IMG/VR virus record: IMGVR_UViG_3300026625_000038
Span: 1 to 25,459 of that record
Direction: 5' to 3' (one strand)
From: a virus
Length of the DNA: 25,459 nucleotides
Shown here: positions 1 through 5,876 of the stretch, in pieces
Numbering within the stretch: position 1 is the stretch's first letter
Layout of the letters: the number at the start of each line of letters is the position of its first letter
The notes under the pieces: generated by a model
Told to the model about the DNA's origin: nothing
Seen by the model: only the letters and a program-made list of their open reading frames with translations
Database searches by the model: none
Made by a program: the position numbers and the translations under genes

Positions 1-1300
1 GGTAATTTGTTTTTATGTGATTTTGGGGGGTAAATTCAAAAAATATCGTAAAAACCATTTGTTTTTATATTTTTAATAATATTTTAAAAATCAATTATTT
101 CAAAATTTTCCAAAATATCTTAAATTTGCATAAAATTAAAAGTTTGCAAATCATTTTAAATTGGGTTTTTTATTAAATTTTTTTGGGGTGCTATAAAAAT
201 TATTAATATATAAATTGCTATTTATATTTTATCTTGATTTATTTGCAAATTTAAATAAAAAATTCGGAGCTATACAATTTCATAAATTGTAATAAAGTAT
301 CCATATTAGATTATTATTAGATTTAACCGTAAAAACTGGAAATAATATATTTGCAAATGTTTAACTTTATTTATTTAAAAATCGTAAAAATCATATATTT
401 GAAAGCTTTAATTAATAATTTGCTAGTAATATATTTTACAATTTTGGCTAAGTTTGTAATTAGCAACTTGTTAATTATATATTATATAATATGGCGGAAC
501 CAGACATATATTTAAAACTAATAGTTACTAAACATATTAGCAAATTCGTAACTATAAGCTAGTTATATTGTTAGTTGTTAATTAGGCGGAACCAGACATT
601 TTTCTTGCGAGAATTATAAAGTTACTAAACATCTTACGTAATTACATAACTTTTAACTTTACAACTCGCAAACTTGTAAACTTTTTATTTAAACGCATGA
701 TGTAAAAACTTTTTAGTTTTATGGTTTGCAAACTTGCAAGCGTTTAATACTTTGCACTTGCAAAAATTTTTCACCTTTTACATGCAAAATTTTTTCACGC
801 TTTAGTTATACTGTTTTACATTTTTGCATGGGTAATACAATTAAGTGGTGTAGTTAGGTTTATATACTAAAAAAACGCATTTGTTATAAGTAGTGTAGGT
901 TATCGTTTTTTTTATTATTATTATTTTATTGTTATTATATATTAAATTTTAATTTGCAATATTGCATAGTTATAAGTTATAATTATTTATAGTTTGCAAG
1001 TTTGCAGTATTTTAATATTTTAATAATAAGTTTTGCAATTTGTAATTTGTTAATTTACAACTTGTAAGCTATATATTATATAATTAGTTAGTTACTAGTT
1101 AGTAGTTATAATTATAATTGTGGCGTGCAGAGGTATATTTCTCCAAAGTATTACTTTTGGAAAAAGATTAAAAAGGTTAAAAAACGGAGAAAGGTAGTAA
1201 AGGTAAAAATTTGTGTGTATAAGTTTACAGAAAAATTTAAAAGTGAGGAGTGAGATATATAGAGTGAGGTAAAGGGAAATGGAAGGAGAGAAAAAACAAA
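1..1300. repeat. Left inverted terminal repeat (ITR), ~1300 bp
   Basis: nt 1-60 are the exact reverse complement of nt 25400-25459. The register is conserved: ATG at 1279 mirrors the minus-strand ATG at 24181, both 1279 nt from their end. Identity holds through nt 1300. Spot checks show a few substitutions (1060/1066 and 1008 versus the right copy). Confidence 0.97.
492..652. repeat. Imperfect ~70-bp direct repeats within the ITR (GGCGGAACCAGACAT ... AGTTACTAAACAT)
   Basis: GGCGGAACCAGACAT at 493-507 and 585-599. AGTTACTAAACAT at 523-535 and 620-632. Mirrored in the right ITR (for example 24861-24875). Confidence 0.85.
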
Positions 1301-1533
1301 TAAACGTGAAAAAATTGGGTAAGAAGCAAAAAGCCATTCTCCAGCTTTTGGCTGAGAATGGTGGTTCATTATGGCAAGAAGATATAATATCTCATTTTGC
1401 TTGGGCATCAAAATATCAATATTATATGTTAGCGAGGTTAAAGAAACTGCAACAAAGGGGTTTAATTTCCGTAAAAACGGAAATTAACCCTGAAACGGGA
1501 AGGATGAAAAAGCGAGTATATTTAATTCAATAA
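1279..1533 (+). CDS. Terminal gene, 84-aa winged helix-turn-helix DNA-binding protein
   Basis: Intact ORF. First 7 codons (MEGEKKQ) and the promoter lie inside the ITR. The pattern KAILQLLAENGGSLWQEDII...YYMLARLKKLQQRGLISVK...RVYL is typical of a wHTH (helix-turn-helix plus beta wing). GAGGT sits ~11 nt upstream of the ATG. Confidence 0.75.
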   Translation: MEGEKKQINVKKLGKKQKAILQLLAENGGSLWQEDIISHFAWASKYQYYMLARLKKLQQRGLISVKTEINPETGRMKKRVYLIQ

Positions 1534-1650
1534 TTTTTTAATTTAAGTTAAATATTTTTTCTTTTTTGTTTTCTTTTCTTGTTATTAGTTTTGGTATTTT
1601 TATATTCTTTCTTATTTCTAATTATTTTCTTTTTTTCTATTTTTTTGTCA
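1534..1650 (+). terminator. T-rich tract downstream of the left terminal gene (putative archaeal terminator region)
   Basis: ~115 nt dominated by T runs (tttttt, ttttttt) directly after the stop codon. Archaeal termination commonly uses T tracts. A mirrored A-rich tract lies at 23300-23410. Confidence 0.35.
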
Positions 1651-1741
1651 ATAATTTATTGCATTATTGTGATTATAATTATAAGTTCTAATTTTATTTG
1701 TTTTTCATCTATAATTTATTTCATTACTTTGATTATAATCA
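1649..1741. repeat. Two copies of a ~33-bp motif ending in the palindrome TGATTATAAT(C/T)A (left arm)
   Basis: caataatttattgcattattgtgattataatta (1649-1681) and ctataatttatttcattactttgattataatca (1709-1741), 60 bp apart. Inverted counterparts lie at 22361-22393, 22433-22462 and 23263-23296. Confidence 0.8.
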
Positions 1742-1765
1742 AATAAAGTAAAAGAATGCCGAGTT

Positions 1766-1790
1766 GTATATATGATATTAGGAATATAGC
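1766..1790 (-). promoter_or_regulatory. Structural-type promoter module facing leftwards into an ORF-free region
   Basis: gtatatatgatattaggaatatagc is the reverse complement of the module. No minus-strand ORF lies downstream of it. Confidence 0.4.
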
Positions 1791-1804
1791 TTTGTGGAGT
1801 ATAG

Positions 1805-1816
1805 TATAAATATGTC
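1805..1816 (+). promoter_or_regulatory. TATA box + GTC promoter of the HTH/AcrIII-1 operon
   Basis: tataaatatGTCata, 32 nt before ATG 1848. Confidence 0.6.
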
Positions 1817-1847
1817 ATATTTCTTATTTTATAATGGGATAGACAAA

Positions 1848-2018
1848 ATGAAAAAAGAGGTACAAGTTGGAAACAAAACATATGTAATACAAAACAAAGA
1901 AGATTTTGTTAAGCTAGTGCATGAACTTGCAGTACAAGGTTATACTTTGTCAGAAATAGCGAAATTGCTAGGAATTTCAGAAAAAAGAGTTTTAAGTTAT
2001 ATGCAAGAATGTTGGTGA
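1848..2018 (+). CDS. 56-aa helix-turn-helix DNA-binding protein
   Basis: The track ORF starts at GTG 1794, but a TATA+GTC promoter at 1805-1816 lies inside that extension, so ATG 1848 (MKKEVQ...) is preferred. GYTLSEIAKLLGISEKRVLSYM is a classic HTH. The gene ends 6 nt before the next gene. Confidence 0.7.
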   Translation: MKKEVQVGNKTYVIQNKEDFVKLVHELAVQGYTLSEIAKLLGISEKRVLSYMQECW

Positions 2019-2024
2019 TTTAAA

Positions 2025-2384
2025 ATGGGTAATTTATATTTATTAAATTCGCCAATAATACCTACAAAAAAGAATATTGTAGTTGCTATAAGAAATATAT
2101 CGCTTGATGATACTAAAAAATTGGTACAAAACCAAAAATTTATATCTGCAATTGGACATGATGTTACTGCTAAATTACTAAGCATGTTGCTAGGTGTAGA
2201 AGTTCCAGTAAACAGAATACAAGTTTATTTTGATGAAGGTGATGAGGCTATAGTATTTACTTTAAAACAGCGGTTGGCAGAAGGGCAAGTCCTAAAAACA
2301 ATTGAAGAAATCGAAAAAATTGGGTATGAGTTAAAACTTATAAAAGTGCTAACTGGTTTTACTTACGTTTATAGTTCTTCATAA
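2025..2384 (+). CDS. acrIII-1: DUF1874-family protein, viral ring nuclease anti-CRISPR AcrIII-1 (119 aa)
   Basis: Family-typical motifs: SAIGHD (His45), VNR (Arg64) and RLAEGQVL..EEI (Glu86). Spacing matches SIRV1 gp29 / STIV B116 as I remember them (catalytic His47, Glu88). Size is ~115-120 aa. Confidence 0.8.
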   Translation: MGNLYLLNSPIIPTKKNIVVAIRNISLDDTKKLVQNQKFISAIGHDVTAKLLSMLLGVEVPVNRIQVYFDEGDEAIVFTLKQRLAEGQVLKTIEEIEKIGYELKLIKVLTGFTYVYSSS

Positions 2385-2420
2385 TCTATTTTAAATATTT
2401 TTTTTATGTTTATTTTGGTT

Positions 2421-3491
2421 TTATTTTATGTATTTCTCAACTACATTTATTAGTTGTTTTTTCACATTTTGGTAACTAAAATTTTCTAGCCAAAAACTAT
2501 GATTTTCTTCAATTTTAGCTTTGTAATTATCATAATTATCTAAAACTTTCAAAATTTTGTTTACTGCTTTATCAATACACATTTCCACGCCCTGGCCTAC
2601 ATGTATTGGGTTACCCGGCAAAACTGTTGGAGAATTGCAAGGATCAACTAGTAAATCTTTTAATTGAGATGGGTAATATTCTTCCCACGCCCCGCCTTTT
2701 GTCGCAATTGCGGGAATTTTTGAAATAAACGCTTCTAAACCGTTTAATTCAAAACTCCCGCCTCTTGAAGTTAATAAATATAAATCCGAAATTCTGTACA
2801 TTTTAACTATATTATCAAAACTTACTACTCCTGTTACATTAAACATTTTTAAATCATTAAAATCATTTTTTGGCATACCGCTTTTAACTAAAAAGTAAAT
2901 ATCATCTCTTTCTTTTTGTAGTTTTTTTGCTATTTCATGAAAAATATCGGTTCCTTTTCTAAAATCCGAGTGCCATAATGAAATAAATATTAATTTGATT
3001 TTCTTTTCATTTTTTATTTTTTCAATATAAGAAACGTGTTTATCTATTTCTAATTCTTTATCATTTGCTAATAATTTTGGGTTAAAATTATGTACGACTT
3101 TATAAGCTGGTATTTTTAAGCCGGAGTTTATAAATGCGTTAATTGACCACTGCGAATTTAATATTATTGCATCGGCGTAATTATTTGCATAATTGATGTA
3201 TTTTTCGGCAATTTTATTAGTATCTGCAACTTCTACACCTAAAACGGCACTTACTTTAGTTCTGTAAGTTTCAAAGAATGAAAATTCAATTTTTCCCCAA
3301 TACCACATACTGTAAAAAAATGGATGAATTATGGAAATTGGAAATTTAAAAGGTGTAAATTGGTAAAAAGATAAAATTGGTATTTCATAAACTGTATATT
3401 TTTCTTTTAACATTTTTATATGTTCTTTTGCTACAAATTTAAATGAAACATCGTGGTGCATAGGATGTACATAATAAATTGTTTTACTCAT
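2421..3491 (-). CDS. Glycosyltransferase, GT-B fold / group 1 (356 aa)
   Basis: C-terminal GT1 signature SRGGSFELNGLEAFISKIPAIATKGG. Size matches the ~355-aa rudiviral glycosyltransferase. Confidence 0.85.
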   Translation of the reverse strand: MSKTIYYVHPMHHDVSFKFVAKEHIKMLKEKYTVYEIPILSFYQFTPFKFPISIIHPFFYSMWYWGKIEFSFFETYRTKVSAVLGVEVADTNKIAEKYINYANNYADAIILNSQWSINAFINSGLKIPAYKVVHNFNPKLLANDKELEIDKHVSYIEKIKNEKKIKLIFISLWHSDFRKGTDIFHEIAKKLQKERDDIYFLVKSGMPKNDFNDLKMFNVTGVVSFDNIVKMYRISDLYLLTSRGGSFELNGLEAFISKIPAIATKGGAWEEYYPSQLKDLLVDPCNSPTVLPGNPIHVGQGVEMCIDKAVNKILKVLDNYDNYKAKIEENHSFWLENFSYQNVKKQLINVVEKYIK

Positions 3492-3533
3492 TTTCTTGTT
3501 ACCAAATTATATTTGTAATTTATGACAAATAAC

Positions 3534-3551
3534 AATTTTTACGGGACTAAT
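3534..3551 (-). promoter_or_regulatory. TATA box + GTC promoter of the 356-aa glycosyltransferase
   Basis: The minus strand reads taaaaattgttatttGTCataa. Confidence 0.5.
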
Positions 3552-3566
3552 TTACAACAAGTGTTA

Positions 3567-3599
3567 CAGCACATATACATAATATAATATATGTGCTGT
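3567..3599. promoter_or_regulatory. Palindromic variant module between divergent genes (possible bidirectional promoter or operator)
   Basis: cagcacatata-cataatataa-tatatgtgctg: perfect 11-bp inverted arms around an AT core, between the glycosyltransferase (minus, ATG 3491) and the 269/284-aa gene (plus). Confidence 0.5.
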
Positions 3600-3635
3600 G
3601 CATGTTTATTTTTGCCAAGTAAGAAAATAATAATT

Positions 3636-4445
3636 GTGAGTGTAACTTATACATCAATTTCGGATTTGTTGGCTTCACCATTCCAGCGTTTGACATCAAG
3701 TATGTGGAATACTGCCGTTTTGTTATTAAACCAATTATATCAAACCGGCGGAAATGCAGTAACATCAATTCTCCAAAATGGGAATTTGGTAATCCCGAAT
3801 TGGATAATTGCCGATGCCGGTTATTTTTATAATGATGTTTATGTTGCTGGCCAGCCTGTAATAACTGAACTTGATCCTATTTATATTGCTGGTTTTATTT
3901 CAACTGCTAATGACCAAATAAACGCAATTTTGTACAGTAATGAACAACTTTATAATTCGCTTGTTAATTTACCGCAAGAAATTTCAAACGTAGTACAACA
4001 AGATTTACAAAATTTTTATGCGTCATTTTACAATTTAATAAATTCTGTATCTCAACAATTAGGAATTCCTTTGCAAAATGCAGTTTATGCTGTTTCTAAT
4101 TATTTAGCTTATTCACTTTTTTATATTTATTTAGCAACTGTCGGTTTGGCAAATACAATAAACCAGCTTACGTTATATTTAGCACCTCCTACTATACAAG
4201 GTTTACAACTTAATGTTGGTACTACACCTAACCCGCTTTATTCCGGTTCGGCATTGCAAACTGCAAGAATAATTTTACAAAACTTAAGTAATTATATAGT
4301 TTACATTGGTAACAACATTTATAATAACTTTCCGATTTTGCCAAATGATAGTTTAGAGATACATGTAAATAACCCGGCAAACGTTTACGCTTGGGCCACA
4401 GGCCCTACTACAGTTTACGCTTTGTTTGAGGTAATAAGTTCATGA
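3636..4445 (+). CDS. Conserved structural-type protein (269 aa from GTG 3636; 284 aa if ATG 3591)
   Basis: Long intact ORF rich in N/Q/Y/I. ATG 3591 lies inside the palindromic promoter element 3567-3599, so the in-frame GTG 3636 is more plausible. Its N-terminal motif is shared with the 316-aa and 530-aa proteins. The stop overlaps the next ATG (ATGA). Confidence 0.65.
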   Translation: MSVTYTSISDLLASPFQRLTSSMWNTAVLLLNQLYQTGGNAVTSILQNGNLVIPNWIIADAGYFYNDVYVAGQPVITELDPIYIAGFISTANDQINAILYSNEQLYNSLVNLPQEISNVVQQDLQNFYASFYNLINSVSQQLGIPLQNAVYAVSNYLAYSLFYIYLATVGLANTINQLTLYLAPPTIQGLQLNVGTTPNPLYSGSALQTARIILQNLSNYIVYIGNNIYNNFPILPNDSLEIHVNNPANVYAWATGPTTVYALFEVISS

Positions 4446-4918
4446 ATTATAACGATTATTTTTGTAAATTAGGATGTTGTTATTGGTATGAATTTAATTT
4501 AGCATATGGAAAATTAGATGTTAAAGATAAAACAATTACAATAATTGGAAATGATTGCGGAAGTTCTGCTTTGTATTTTCTTTTGAAAGACGCTAAAAAA
4601 GTAATTGGTTTTGAAAAAAGTGGTGAGTTAAACAAGAGGTTTAAAGAAAAAGTTTGCAAAGAATTTCAAATTTGTGAAAAAGTTGAGATAAATGGGGAAT
4701 GGACTGGTAAAGAGTATCCGAATACTGACATTTTTATTATGGATTGTGAAGGATGTGAAAAAAATTTGAGATTTGAAGAATTGCAGAAATATAAACAATA
4801 TTGTATTGCTATTCATGACTGGACTGAGAATAGATTTGAATTGATGAAAAAACTTTACGGTACAATTTTGACTTTCATAACTGATGATAATAGAGAATTT
4901 GTATTTTGTAAATTATAA
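4442..4918 (+). CDS. SAM-dependent methyltransferase, FkbM-like (158 aa)
   Basis: Motif I-like ITIIGNDCGSSALYF, an acidic residue after beta-2 (VIGFEKS), and IFIMDCEGCEKN, which resembles the FkbM-family KxDxEGxE signature. Size matches the ~159-aa rudiviral methyltransferase. Confidence 0.75.
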   Translation: MNYNDYFCKLGCCYWYEFNLAYGKLDVKDKTITIIGNDCGSSALYFLLKDAKKVIGFEKSGELNKRFKEKVCKEFQICEKVEINGEWTGKEYPNTDIFIMDCEGCEKNLRFEELQKYKQYCIAIHDWTENRFELMKKLYGTILTFITDDNREFVFCKL

Positions 4919-5869
4919 TTAAGTGCACTGGTTATTTATAACTACTGCAGTAGGTGCTATAATAACTGCTCCTACATTTGTATTACAAATTAAATTATTT
5001 ATTACGGAATTATCATTTACATAAATATAACCATTTTGGGTATTTATGGTTAAAGTATTAATAAATGCATTTCCATTAAGGTAAATTTTACCAGTATTGT
5101 ATGAAATTGATAATGTTTCAATTGAAGAACTATCATTTACATAAATATTTTGAATATTATTATTTATGGTTAAAGAGTTAATAAATGCATCATTATAAAG
5201 ATAAATGTTTCCATTACTTGATACAATTACTAATTTATCAATTATTCCATAGTTATAAATGTTTTGACTCAAAGAATTTAAAAGTAAATTTTTTATATAA
5301 GTATTGTTTGAAACTGATAGGTTATTGCTTAAGTTGTATATTAATACATTTAAAAATGCAGTTTGCGTGCTTAGTAGGTTAATAAATTCGGCACCTGAAC
5401 AACTTAAAATAAAATAAGTATTATAATTAAAAGTTAATAATTGATTTACTGCATAAATTACATTTGCAAATTGCGAAGCTTTAACAATTTCGTTCGGTTG
5501 TACATAATTTAATTTTGTTTGTAATTGTATATTAGCCATATTTGCTAATTCTATAATTGCGTTTATTAAGTTGTTAAAATCATCAGCGTTAAGCGGTGTA
5601 CCCGTTTGGGCATTAAGTAAAGGGGTAAAAGTATAAGGCGTAAAATTTTGCGGAAAATTATTAAATTGTTGAATTGCAGGAAATATATAATCTGTATATG
5701 GAAATGCTGATAAAAAATTAATATATTGAAATACGCTATATGTTAAATATAAATCTTGTACAATTTCATTCCATAGTGAAGAAGAAATTATTGAATATTT
5801 ACTTGGTGGAGATAACAAATTAGCAATTTGGTAAACATCAGTGCATTGAGTAGTAGTCGCGATGGTCAT
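4919..5869 (-). CDS. Structural-type protein with tandem 40-aa repeats (316 aa)
   Basis: Intact ORF 7 nt downstream of the 530-aa gene, so likely an operon. The C-terminal half has two 40-aa repeats (IYLYNDAFINSLTINNNIQNIYVNDSS / IYLNGNAFINTLTINTQNGYIYVNDNS), suggesting a beta-helix or fibre. Confidence 0.75.
   Translation of the reverse strand: MTIATTTQCTDVYQIANLLSPPSKYSIISSSLWNEIVQDLYLTYSVFQYINFLSAFPYTDYIFPAIQQFNNFPQNFTPYTFTPLLNAQTGTPLNADDFNNLINAIIELANMANIQLQTKLNYVQPNEIVKASQFANVIYAVNQLLTFNYNTYFILSCSGAEFINLLSTQTAFLNVLIYNLSNNLSVSNNTYIKNLLLNSLSQNIYNYGIIDKLVIVSSNGNIYLYNDAFINSLTINNNIQNIYVNDSSSIETLSISYNTGKIYLNGNAFINTLTINTQNGYIYVNDNSVINNLICNTNVGAVIIAPTAVVINNQCT
5011..5250. repeat. Two 120-bp tandem repeat units inside the 316-aa gene
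   Basis: tatcatttacataaata...atttatggttaaag..ttaataaatgcat recurs at 5011 and 5131, matching the 40-aa protein repeat. Confidence 0.85.
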
Positions 5870-5876
5870 TGTTTTA

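Noticed and set aside
1095-1411. Minus-strand track ORFs 1095-1337 and 1151-1411 (80 and 86 aa)
   Set aside because: They lie antisense to the ITR promoter and the 84-aa wHTH gene. Their low-complexity F/L/S-rich translations are typical of AT-rich antisense frames, and no promoter is visible.
1794-1847. Upstream alternative starts proposed by the ORF track: GTG 1794, TTG 10767, TTG 11827, 11677, GTG 16923 and 17270
   Set aside because: Each extension overlaps a recognisable promoter or a divergent gene. Downstream ATGs, some with a Shine-Dalgarno-like sequence such as AGGAGG before 17306, fit better.
3547-3768. Minus-strand 73-aa ORF
   Set aside because: It spans the divergent promoter and lies antisense to the 269/284-aa gene, and it has no recognisable features.
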